The notes beneath the pieces were generated by a model. That model was not told the DNA's origin. It saw only the letters and a list, made by a program, of their open reading frames with translations, and made no database searches. The translations under genes and the position numbers were made by a program. Below are positions 21,285 through 30,566 of a stretch of 64,000 bases of DNA, one piece after another. The stretch's first letter is position 1. Each line of letters starts with the position of its first letter. This DNA comes from a virus (lineage: Duplodnaviria; Caudoviricetes), in IMG/VR virus record IMGVR_UViG_3300019124_000001, positions 32,001 through 96,000 of that record; one strand, 5' to 3'.

Positions 21285-21974
21285 GTGATGATGATGGGTA
21301 AAGTTAATTTCAGCAGAATTATCAACAAATACGGATTCGCTGGTATGATCGCAAACATGCGCAAAGGCGTACAAGTCGCTTACAATGAAGCGGTCAAGAC
21401 TGGCGATTACGATGCATTCGCAAGATTTCAAGGCATGACGGAATACACTCTAGAAGAAATGAATGCAACCGTGAACGAGATGCGAAGAAAAGAACGGGAA
21501 GCTGGCGAAGCATATAGCATTTCCGATGAAGAACTGAAGTTGATGGACGATCTTCGGAGGGATATTCAAACGATGGCATCTGAACTGTACAACAAAAATG
21601 AAAAATCCGTACAGATTGTACCACTTCGCAATCCTCCGAAAGAGAAGAAAAAACTGCAAGAAGGTGCTGATCGTTGGGATGTTTCTGACGATAAAGATAG
21701 ACTCAATATCATCATCAAGAAAAATGATATTGAAGTACACAAAATCAGCTACAACTTCACCAGTCAAAAGTTCATTGGTTCTGGCATTGACCCGATGAAT
21801 ATGCCACTACAAGTTCGCACACGTATAGAAGCGTTGGTCAAAGGGCTGATGCCCTACGCAGAGAAGTATCAGGATAAAATGGACGCAATGAACTATGGTC
21901 GTCCGATGGGTGGCATTGGTCACGATTATCCTGATGATGATGACGATTGCCCGATTGGTGGCTTCCATCACTAA
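21285..21974 (+). CDS. Hypothetical protein
   Basis: Promoter, RBS and terminator. Confidence 0.7.
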   Translation: MMMMGKVNFSRIINKYGFAGMIANMRKGVQVAYNEAVKTGDYDAFARFQGMTEYTLEEMNATVNEMRRKEREAGEAYSISDEELKLMDDLRRDIQTMASELYNKNEKSVQIVPLRNPPKEKKKLQEGADRWDVSDDKDRLNIIIKKNDIEVHKISYNFTSQKFIGSGIDPMNMPLQVRTRIEALVKGLMPYAEKYQDKMDAMNYGRPMGGIGHDYPDDDDDCPIGGFHH

Positions 21975-22145
21975 CAATGTAGACGATGGGTTTAACCCCA
22001 TCGTTTTTTACTAATATAATGCTTTAGTGCGGTGAAGCGTTAGTCCGATAAATTAATTTAGAATGTTTCCGATATTCATTTGCCTGTTGACATATTGGCT
22101 ACTTATTGATATACTTGAAATAGAAGGCAAGTCAATATTACATAG

Positions 22146-22331
22146 GTGGTGGATAAGTTGGGAAGAGAGGTTGTGTTTTTAGGTGGTATAAGGGGAATTG
22201 TTAACCGCAACATGCGAACCGTTTGTGTTTATTGGGACAAGGGTTTGGGAATCCCATCCTCCGTGTACACGACCGAACGGTTTGAGCAAATGCTGGAAGA
22301 AGGCAAAATCACGAAGGGCGGGATTAAGTAA
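22146..22331 (+). CDS. Hypothetical protein
   Basis: First of three coupled ORFs. Confidence 0.5.
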   Translation: MVDKLGREVVFLGGIRGIVNRNMRTVCVYWDKGLGIPSSVYTTERFEQMLEEGKITKGGIK

Positions 22332-22639
22332 TGGAATGGATTCGTGTAAACGCAAGTAAGCTATTTGTTGAGTACGATGGTTATCCCTCATGGGATCTTT
22401 TGAGTCTTGATACTCAAAAAGGCGAAGCTGTTATTCGACGAATGGACGATGTGCTAACGGTTTCAATTGCTGACACGAAATTTAGTTTAGCAATAAATGC
22501 TGATCATCTGGAAACACCAAAAATGCACGGATGTCCGTTGTGCGGTCAAATCATCACAAAACAATGGCGCGAACACTACCTGATCCCACGTGAAGAAAAA
22601 CGTATGTCAAAGCACCAAGAGGAGTCTAATAAATGTTAG
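22331..22639 (+). CDS. Hypothetical protein
   Basis: Translationally coupled ORF. Confidence 0.6.
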   Translation: MEWIRVNASKLFVEYDGYPSWDLLSLDTQKGEAVIRRMDDVLTVSIADTKFSLAINADHLETPKMHGCPLCGQIITKQWREHYLIPREEKRMSKHQEESNKC

Positions 22640-22896
22640 GTAGACTCATTCGTCCTGCTGGATTATCTGAGCTTGAATGGAAGGTGCGTCAGGCAAGACA
22701 AAGGTACGCTGGAAAGACGATAGCCGTAATCACTAAAGCTGATGGTCTTTCACAGTTAAAATTCATTGCCAAGTTGAAGGTAAATGAAATTGAAGCAGAT
22801 CAACACCTTAAAGAAGTATTGGTTCGCGTGTCACCCGTGGTTGGCATTGGTGAACAGGCGATCAAGCTATCTGACTTCGAACGAATGATGCTATAA
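22633..22896 (+). CDS. Hypothetical protein
   Basis: GAGGAG RBS, terminator. Confidence 0.6.
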   Translation: MLGRLIRPAGLSELEWKVRQARQRYAGKTIAVITKADGLSQLKFIAKLKVNEIEADQHLKEVLVRVSPVVGIGEQAIKLSDFERMML

Positions 22897-23363
22897 ACTA
22901 AAGCCCTAGCAAATATTTGCTAGGGCTTTAGTTTATAGTGTGTATTTAAATAAGACAAATAGCAAACATCCCAACTTTAGAGATGTTTGCTATTTGTCAA
23001 ATAATTATGAACTTGACAGAGAGCCTATCTATTTAGTTCGATACCTCTCCACAGAAGCCCCCGCGCTCTGTTCCGTACTGGTCGCTGTCCAAGCGGCTCT
23101 CTGTCAAAGAGTAGGTGAGAAGTGGATAAAGCAAAGGGACACAACCCACCCGCTCAGTATCAGGTCGCACAGGGGAATACTGTCTGCTTTTTTATCGCAA
23201 CAGCATTGTACGTCCCTGACAACTATTATAATACTATAAAAATTAATGTATGTCAATAGGTTTGCCAATGTTTTAATTTTCTGACTATTCAATTGCATGT
23301 TGCTTATTAGTGTGTATTGAGGTATAATGAAAACAAGGCGAACAAAGGGGAGCGAACAATAAA

Positions 23364-23720
23364 ATGAATAGATGGCATTCAATTAAATTCTCATGTGGTC
23401 ATGAAAGCACATTTATAAATCTCGATGTTGTCAACAAGTGGGAACACAGATTTGTAAATGGACAAACGCTTTGCTATAATTGTCGAATCGAAAACAATAG
23501 AATCCAAGTGTTAGAACAAGACATCTATCTAGTTGTCGAACAATACGCAACACAACGCATTCACTTGAGTTGTAGTTTGAAAGACAATGAAGAAATTAGA
23601 AAGAAAGGGGATTTCGCTTACTATCTCAATCATGATAAAGGTACGAGCATAGTCCCTTATCATTGGTTAGTAAATGAAGCATTAAGATTTAAGAAATTAT
23701 TACATAGGAGGAATGATTAA
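23364..23720 (+). CDS. Hypothetical protein (CGH...CYNC)
   Basis: Promoter and RBS. Confidence 0.6.
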   Translation: MNRWHSIKFSCGHESTFINLDVVNKWEHRFVNGQTLCYNCRIENNRIQVLEQDIYLVVEQYATQRIHLSCSLKDNEEIRKKGDFAYYLNHDKGTSIVPYHWLVNEALRFKKLLHRRND

Positions 23721-24046
23721 AGATGAAATTTGGAGAAGATTTCGTAATGGAAGATGGAAATATTTTGTTGGTGGAAAAAAGAAGTGAATTTTGGGAAAAC
23801 TGGATTCCGAAAAGATAAAGCAGAAACAATACAAACAAAATCAGGATTAAGAAGATAGGTATTATAAGTACCTATCTTTTTTATTTCATTTCCTATTAAA
23901 TAGATTGTTATTTCGATTTATCCATTTTTATATTAGATGAAATAACAGTTTTATCTATACGAATGTTCAACACAGTGTTGACACTAGTTAGAGTTGGTGT
24001 TATACTGTATATAGAAGGTAAGAATTATGAAAAGGAGGATAAATGG

Positions 24047-24634
24047 ATGTATAGCAACAAACAACTTGAACAGGCGACACATAAGATGGGACAGACTGGA
24101 ATTTCCATCTTGAACAGCATCTTTTGGTCTACGGCGTTGAATGGTGTTGCAACTCGCAGTCCGAATCGAAAGCTGGAACTGATGCTGAAGACTGCAATGT
24201 TCGTCGAAACTGGCGAAAGCTCTATTGAAGTTCAACGTTTTGAAAAATGGTTTTATAATGGGGTAGCTCCGCAACGCGTTTGCGATGCCATGCTGAAAAT
24301 TACCGACTACCTATCCCAAGTGTTTCCGACTCCATGCAAAATACGTGCGCTCGACATCGTGCCGCTTTATATGACGGCAAGCAAAGCGATCTATCACGGC
24401 ATTTCTGCTGATGCTTTTCGTAGCATCGTAACGGAATTTTTGTCGTTCAAACGTAGTGTTTCGGCTAAGGTTTCAAAAATGCCAAACAAAGATATCTTGC
24501 AATCGTACTGGATTAATTACACTGAAGCCAGCAAGCAAGGTACGAACCGACAAGAGAAAGTTGACGCTCGAATCATTGCCATGTGGCAATTCCTCTTCAA
24601 TGTGTATAAACATATGGAAGATTGGCGAAAATAG
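24047..24634 (+). CDS. Protein resembling the C-terminal half of the DUF262 protein at 26354
   Basis: Start ATG 24047 after AAGGAGG; collinear motif similarity. Confidence 0.65.
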   Translation: MYSNKQLEQATHKMGQTGISILNSIFWSTALNGVATRSPNRKLELMLKTAMFVETGESSIEVQRFEKWFYNGVAPQRVCDAMLKITDYLSQVFPTPCKIRALDIVPLYMTASKAIYHGISADAFRSIVTEFLSFKRSVSAKVSKMPNKDILQSYWINYTEASKQGTNRQEKVDARIIAMWQFLFNVYKHMEDWRK

Positions 24635-24722
24635 TTTCAACAGGGTGTTGACGAATGCGTCTCGCCATGATATACTGTAAACAGAAAGCAGGAATTACAT
24701 AAGAAAAGGAGAGTGGACAAAA

Positions 24723-25730
24723 GTGGGTGAAATGTCTCCCCGAAAGCAAGAGTTGCTAATCGTAACCGATAATTCGCGGTTGACACAAGTCGAAAACGAT
24801 GGTAATATGGAATCAACCAATAAATCCCAACAAGGAGGTATTCAAATGGATACTGCAAAAGGAACGGAAATTGTAAACGAAGAAACCGAAACGAAAGAAG
24901 GTGCTGAACCGCTAGTTGATGCAATCAACGAACCTCATATCGAAAACAACGAACCGAATGACGATGATGCACCTGTTATGATGGAGAAGTTCGGAATCGA
25001 GGAGGAGGAGTTGGAACAGGTAAAAGTGAAACTACCGGAAATCCCCGATTGCGGTATCTGTCTTATCCCGAAAGAAGATGCTGTTGTTCGCTCCGCAGTC
25101 GATATTAAACATTTCCCCCATTGGGAAGGAAAGCTGGTTTGCGACGAGTGTCGCCAGAAGGCACATCTCGAACAGGCGCGAGAAGCCAACAAGCAGAAAG
25201 CAGAAGATATGGCGGCATCCGATGCGGAACAGTACGCCAAAGGTATGCGTTGGCGCTACGAATACCGTCTCGTTTCGGAAGACGGCACAGAAGACCAAAC
25301 CGTCATTCAGTACAACAAGGTAAAGCTCCAAAAAAAGCAAGTCAAACAGCACTGCGACCGCTTGGTGAAAATTCACAAAGAATCTGGATTCGTTGCGGCT
25401 GAAATGAAACAGGAAGTTAAACTTTCTGCACCGCCGAAAAAGGATGTCTCCAAACCAACTGACGAAAACAACAAGCTACCCGTTTCTTCATCTCGTCAAG
25501 CGAAACCATACGTGCCGAACAAAGAGGAAGACGAGCGCAAGCGCTCTATGGGTTATCCGCACAAGTATGTCTTCAAAATCGACAACATCTACAAAGATCA
25601 ATATGCGGCAACTGTTCTGAAAGAAACGACTATCCAGACGCTGAAGAAATCCTATGCGCGTATCTATAAAGCGCAAAACGAAATCACTGTGGAATACTTC
25701 GACCTGAATAAAGAGGAAGTTACGGCGTAA
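24723..25730 (+). CDS. Acidic hypothetical protein with CxxC...CxxC; alternative start 24846
   Basis: Long ORF; internal AAGGAGG before 24846. Confidence 0.7.
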   Translation: MGEMSPRKQELLIVTDNSRLTQVENDGNMESTNKSQQGGIQMDTAKGTEIVNEETETKEGAEPLVDAINEPHIENNEPNDDDAPVMMEKFGIEEEELEQVKVKLPEIPDCGICLIPKEDAVVRSAVDIKHFPHWEGKLVCDECRQKAHLEQAREANKQKAEDMAASDAEQYAKGMRWRYEYRLVSEDGTEDQTVIQYNKVKLQKKQVKQHCDRLVKIHKESGFVAAEMKQEVKLSAPPKKDVSKPTDENNKLPVSSSRQAKPYVPNKEEDERKRSMGYPHKYVFKIDNIYKDQYAATVLKETTIQTLKKSYARIYKAQNEITVEYFDLNKEEVTA

Positions 25731-25918
25731 GCAGATTGCGGGGATCATCCCCGTTTTTTGCTTATGGTTTACTTTAGCGCAGTGAAGCGTCTATGTAATA
25801 AATACATTTCTTTGCAAAAACATTCAACTACCTGTTGACATTTTGCCCTCATTTTGGTAAGATGTAGTCATAGGGCAGTTACATAGTCCAAAACAAAAGC
25901 GATAGGTGGTGACAAAGC

Positions 25919-26179
25919 ATGAATATTCCGACAATCGAAGAACCGACTTTCGGAGATGACGTGTTTTTCGGACTTGCAAAAGCATTCACGTTTTTGCACA
26001 ACGAAAAGAAAGTGGTCATCTCTGAAACAGAATACGGTGAACACTGGATGAAAATCGCTAACACCGTATTACATGCCCTCAATAATCAGTTGTTCGAATA
26101 CATGTTCAATGGGTACAGCGTCCAAGTGCGCAACTGCGAATGGGCAACATCTGTACAATTAGAACCAAAATTCGATTAG
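25919..26179 (+). CDS. Hypothetical protein
   Basis: Promoter and RBS. Confidence 0.6.
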   Translation: MNIPTIEEPTFGDDVFFGLAKAFTFLHNEKKVVISETEYGEHWMKIANTVLHALNNQLFEYMFNGYSVQVRNCEWATSVQLEPKFD

Positions 26180-26353
26180 AGGAGCGTATAGAATCCCCTA
26201 AAATGGTCAACAATGATACTACCAAAGAAAAACACGAATCAATCGTAAAAAGTTATTGACTGTTACATCTGAACATGCTACAATAAAGACAACAGCAAGA
26301 GAGACACAACAAACGGCTACATAGCCAAATAAACCCATAGGAGGTTCCACAAA

Positions 26354-27811
26354 ATGTCTATGAAAAATCGTGTACCGAAAACCTTCACCATCAAACAACT
26401 GTATTCCCTCTATCAGAAGGGGTATCTGATCATCCCTGAAGACTACCAACGTCGCTACGTGTGGGGTGACTTGAAATCCCATAAGGCTGGCAACGAACTG
26501 CAATCCAACCTGATTCACACCACTCTGATGGATGAACTGGTTCCGCAAATCATCCTGAAAGAAGAGGAAGTTCCACACCCGAAAGCAGAAACTGACGAAC
26601 GTTACAAAGGGAAGACCGTCATTATCTTCTACGTCATGGACGGTCAACAACGTTGCAAAACGTGGTTCGACTTCATTGAAAACGGCTACTACCTCCGTCA
26701 GCAAACCGCTCCCGTCGATGCCGACATGTTCCCCGATATCGAGGACGAACGTATCGAATACAGCCTGTGGTTGGCTGAAAACCTCAATATCATCGACGAA
26801 GAAGCTATTGAGGACGCAGAAGGCGATTACGTCATTTCTATCGCTGGCAAATACTTCGAAACTCTGCACAACGAAATGAAGGAAGCAATCATGGCTTATG
26901 ACGTTTCGGCACAAGTACTTCGCAACCTGACAAAGAAAGCCGAACGCCGTATCTTCTCTCGACTGAATACTGGCGTAAAGCTGACCGAAATCGAACGTCT
27001 CCGCTCCAACGGTGGGCACGTTACCGAATTGGCTGGCAGAATCGCTGACCTTCCCTTCTTCGCAATGGACGAAGCTGGTAAGGGAAAGGTTGCGGCTCTC
27101 TCCGCAAAACAAAACAATCGCTTCATCAACTTTGAATTGATCATTCAAATGCTGATGATTCTGCAAGAGGGCGGAAATCCAGATGCAGATGGCGGCGTGA
27201 CGGGTGTAGCAATTGGCGCGAAGGATTACAACTCGTGGGTGGAAATCTACGCTGAACGCGAACTTCCGCAAGCGCTGAAGGAACGTGCGTTCAATGTGGT
27301 TGAATACCTTGGCAAAGCGTTTACAGAACGCGAATCTTACCTCAACAAAACGGCTATCTCATCCATGACGCTTGTGGCAGAACGCGCCATGAATGATGGT
27401 ATGGAGCCAGAACATTTCGCTTATATCATGCATCACTTCTTCCACAATATGCCTGCGGGCTACGTATCGGGCAAGAGCAACAAAACTGCCGACAAAGGTT
27501 CCGTTAAGAAGCGTTTAGACGCTATGAACGCCTTCTATGAGGAACACAAGGGCAACAAAAAGCCGTATGTTGCACCGTCTGAGCGCAAGCGTCTGTCGAA
27601 GATGACAACCGTCCACAACCCGTCCATATCCATGCTTTCCGATCTGCTCATGAAAGAACGCGAAGCAAAGGCAGAAGAGGAGCGCCGCAAGCAGGAAGAG
27701 TATGAAAAGAACCGCTTGCGCTCTAGTGGCGAAGCTGAAGACCAAGTGCAAGACGAAACCGAACAAGCGCAAGGCGAAGTTGAAGATAAAGCCGAAACTG
27801 TCCAATCCTGA
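26354..27811 (+). CDS. DUF262 (ParB/Srx-like, GmrS-type) domain protein
   Basis: P.DYQR.YVW, VMDGQQR, IFSRLNTGVKLT..E. Confidence 0.88.
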   Translation: MSMKNRVPKTFTIKQLYSLYQKGYLIIPEDYQRRYVWGDLKSHKAGNELQSNLIHTTLMDELVPQIILKEEEVPHPKAETDERYKGKTVIIFYVMDGQQRCKTWFDFIENGYYLRQQTAPVDADMFPDIEDERIEYSLWLAENLNIIDEEAIEDAEGDYVISIAGKYFETLHNEMKEAIMAYDVSAQVLRNLTKKAERRIFSRLNTGVKLTEIERLRSNGGHVTELAGRIADLPFFAMDEAGKGKVAALSAKQNNRFINFELIIQMLMILQEGGNPDADGGVTGVAIGAKDYNSWVEIYAERELPQALKERAFNVVEYLGKAFTERESYLNKTAISSMTLVAERAMNDGMEPEHFAYIMHHFFHNMPAGYVSGKSNKTADKGSVKKRLDAMNAFYEEHKGNKKPYVAPSERKRLSKMTTVHNPSISMLSDLLMKEREAKAEEERRKQEEYEKNRLRSSGEAEDQVQDETEQAQGEVEDKAETVQS

Positions 27812-27812
27812 C

Positions 27813-27844
27813 AAAAAAGAGGAGACAATCGTCTCCTCTTTTTT
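27813..27844 (+). terminator. Intrinsic terminator
   Basis: AAAAAAGAGGAGAC-AATC-GTCTCCTCTTTTTT. Confidence 0.85.
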
Positions 27845-27987
27845 GTTTGCCTTTGGTGGTTCGCGACAAACAACAACTTTTTCATTTGCATGTTGACATC
27901 AATGTCGAATATTGGTATGATGATAGTAGATCGAGGGAAACCTAAGATCAAGTAACACATTACCTAAAGATAGGAGAATGCGGCAAT

Positions 27988-28755
27988 ATGAAATGGGCAA
28001 CGGCAACACCGAACACCGAAAGAAAGGGGAATGGATTGAAAACATCAGTCCACCCTGACCAACTGCACAACAAGTCCAAAGCAATGACAGAGAAGTACCG
28101 CAACGGAATGGAGGTACAAGCAAAACCGACAGTTACGGTAGACCTTCTTGGCACTTTCTGGAAGACTGAAGATGGTCTGTCTGGTTTGGTGTACGAAAAT
28201 CTGATCATGCAAAACAAGGAGCTTAGTCTGGCTATTCCTACCATGATTGAAAAAGGACTTTATATCACTTTAAAAATTGTTCGTTATAATAAGTTAGGTG
28301 ATGGTAAAGTTGGGTTTGAAGTGGTCTATAACGAAGCGACCAAGAAGACCATTCATGATGCAAGTGGTGATATGACACCGTATGAATTCAAAGTTCACGC
28401 AGACCCTGTGAACACTGCAATCACCCCCGCAACTCTTTCTAAAACGTCACAGGAGGAGGTTCAAGCAGAAGCGCAGGAAGTAGCCGCAGTCCGCACTTTA
28501 GAAGCCATACAGGAGCCTACAGAGGGAATTCAGGCAAAGCGGCAAGTCGAATATCTCGATATGAAGCAGTTTATCGAGACAAAACTTGGCGAACCGCTTT
28601 CTTCAACTGCACAACAGTTGTTAGCAAAGGTGGTAGATGAATCTAACATGTTCAAACTCTTCCTTGCTACCCAAGAGGGAATTGAGCAAAAGGACGATAA
28701 GGGATTGCAATTGATCGCAATGATCAAGGTTTTATATGACGCTAAACTATCCTAA
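27988..28755 (+). CDS. Hypothetical protein
   Basis: Long ORF; start uncertain. Confidence 0.65.
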   Translation: MKWATATPNTERKGNGLKTSVHPDQLHNKSKAMTEKYRNGMEVQAKPTVTVDLLGTFWKTEDGLSGLVYENLIMQNKELSLAIPTMIEKGLYITLKIVRYNKLGDGKVGFEVVYNEATKKTIHDASGDMTPYEFKVHADPVNTAITPATLSKTSQEEVQAEAQEVAAVRTLEAIQEPTEGIQAKRQVEYLDMKQFIETKLGEPLSSTAQQLLAKVVDESNMFKLFLATQEGIEQKDDKGLQLIAMIKVLYDAKLS

Positions 28756-28922
28756 ATAGAAGGAGAGAGACGGTGATTATTGCTGTCTTTTTCTTTTTAT
28801 TTAGGATAGGAGAAACGCGCACATCCGAATAGGTCACAATTAATTTCTAAAAATATCTTGACCCCGGCCTAGTATTATGTTAGTATAAAAATAGAATCTG
28901 GAACAAGGAGGAAGCGAATGGA

Positions 28923-29537
28923 ATGGAGCAACACGAAATGACAGATAATCCGCAGGATAGACAGAAGCCTAGACGTGGCACACCTCCTCTAGACATTACT
29001 GGACAAAAATTTGGGATGTTGAAGGCTGTCAGGCGAACAAACGAGAGATTACATAATGTCTACCTCTGGATTTGCGTCTGTGATTGCGGAAGAGAGAATG
29101 TTATAGCTAAGGTTAGTGACCTGACCAAAGGAAAGAAGACGCATTGTGGATGCATGGCAATTAGTAAAAACGAACGCCTTCCAGAGATTGGCAATATGGT
29201 TTCCGCAGAACGTCCACTTTTTTCAGGTAAAAACTTCACTAGCATCTTAGAACAAGACCCGAATCGAAATCAAACAGTTGCAGAATTGTTGTGGCACCTA
29301 ATGGGTGTTGATAAGAAGACTGTCGCCAAAGAGATGGGTTGTTCGGTATCCACTCTTGAATCACTGTTGCGAAACGAAATCGAATCTATGAAGAAGGAGG
29401 AAAAGTTACGGTCTGAACTATCGCGCATTATGGGAGGGCTATCCGACACATTCTTAATGTCGAGCATTCGTGGTTCCAGAACAGTAGCTATTCTTGACGC
29501 AATTATGCCTAAAGGGACTAGTTTCAAAATCGAATAA
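28923..29537 (+). CDS. Zinc-binding module fused to HTH; putative DNA-binding regulator
   Basis: GQKFGML...WICVCDCG...HCGC, then KKTVAKEMGCSVSTLESLL. Confidence 0.7.
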   Translation: MEQHEMTDNPQDRQKPRRGTPPLDITGQKFGMLKAVRRTNERLHNVYLWICVCDCGRENVIAKVSDLTKGKKTHCGCMAISKNERLPEIGNMVSAERPLFSGKNFTSILEQDPNRNQTVAELLWHLMGVDKKTVAKEMGCSVSTLESLLRNEIESMKKEEKLRSELSRIMGGLSDTFLMSSIRGSRTVAILDAIMPKGTSFKIE

Positions 29538-29552
29538 CGGGGGGTAGAGGGT

Positions 29553-29945
29553 ATGGACTTTATAAAAAAGCGGTTGCCTGATGTAGCCACTTTTGACTTT
29601 ACGACGAATGAAGTTGAACTTCTGGCGAGATCGTATGTTATCGAGAAGGTAGGAGTAGAACTTGTGTTCGATGTCTACAGTCAACTGATCAACGAACAGA
29701 ATCAGGTTTATGCATTCGGGTTGAACATCGTAAACTTCGATTCGCTGACAGAGGAGCAGATTGCCAAGATTTTGTCTATCGGATTGGATAGCACTACCCC
29801 TGTCAAGAATTTTGACGAAATATTCGATGCATTGTATCCGAATCACCTTGGCTTTGATATCATTGAAGACGAGATGGAGTCCAAGGGGTTTAATATCCTG
29901 CTTCGAATGATGTACAGTGATTGGCAGAACCTTATCAAAAGCTAG
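29553..29945 (+). CDS. Hypothetical protein
   Basis: ORF with terminator. Confidence 0.65.
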   Translation: MDFIKKRLPDVATFDFTTNEVELLARSYVIEKVGVELVFDVYSQLINEQNQVYAFGLNIVNFDSLTEEQIAKILSIGLDSTTPVKNFDEIFDALYPNHLGFDIIEDEMESKGFNILLRMMYSDWQNLIKS

Positions 29946-30081
29946 GGGAAACCCTAGCTTTTTTTGTTGACAACAGTTCAAAATCGTGTTATTAAGAATA
30001 CTATTCTTATTCAATTGCCTGTTGACTTTTGTGATTGTAGATGATATGATGTTTATAGATCAAACGAAAGGAGAATTGCAT

Positions 30082-30414
30082 ATGAGCGAACGTCAGAAAA
30101 AACGCCGTGTCAAGATCAAACCATATAATCAAGGTACGGCATATCAATCGCAATGCCAATGTTGTGGAGGTGTGCGCAAGTTCTACGGTGGACTTTACAA
30201 GACCAACGATGACAAGCGCCGTTGTTGTGACGAATCAAGCATGGCAGAGGATGATTATTGGGATAGCGTGGCACATGACGCTGATGCAAGCTATCACTAC
30301 TACATGGAGCGGGATGCCGCAAAGTGGGGAATTACCTACAAGAACCCATACAACGAATGCTCTAGGTGCCGTGGAGGTGGTTGTCCACAGTGTGAACCAC
30401 GCCGCTTTTTATAG
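30082..30414 (+). CDS. Cys-rich hypothetical protein
   Basis: Start ATG 30082 after AAAGGAG; CxxCxGxGCxxC. Confidence 0.65.
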   Translation: MSERQKKRRVKIKPYNQGTAYQSQCQCCGGVRKFYGGLYKTNDDKRRCCDESSMAEDDYWDSVAHDADASYHYYMERDAAKWGITYKNPYNECSRCRGGGCPQCEPRRFL

Positions 30415-30566
30415 GCAACTGCAAACTCCGCTAAATACGGGGTTTGCAGTTTTTCGATAATTGTCTGAAAATTCTGAACAAGTAATTTATGGTATACTTT
30501 GATTGACTTTTGTCTATAATGATGATATATTAGATGTAGAAACACAATCACAAAAGGAGGTTGCAT

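Noticed and set aside
26219-27271. 350-aa minus-strand ORF and other long antisense ORFs (58464-59078, 62032-62793)
   Set aside because: Shadows of well-supported + strand genes; no RBS or recognisable motifs
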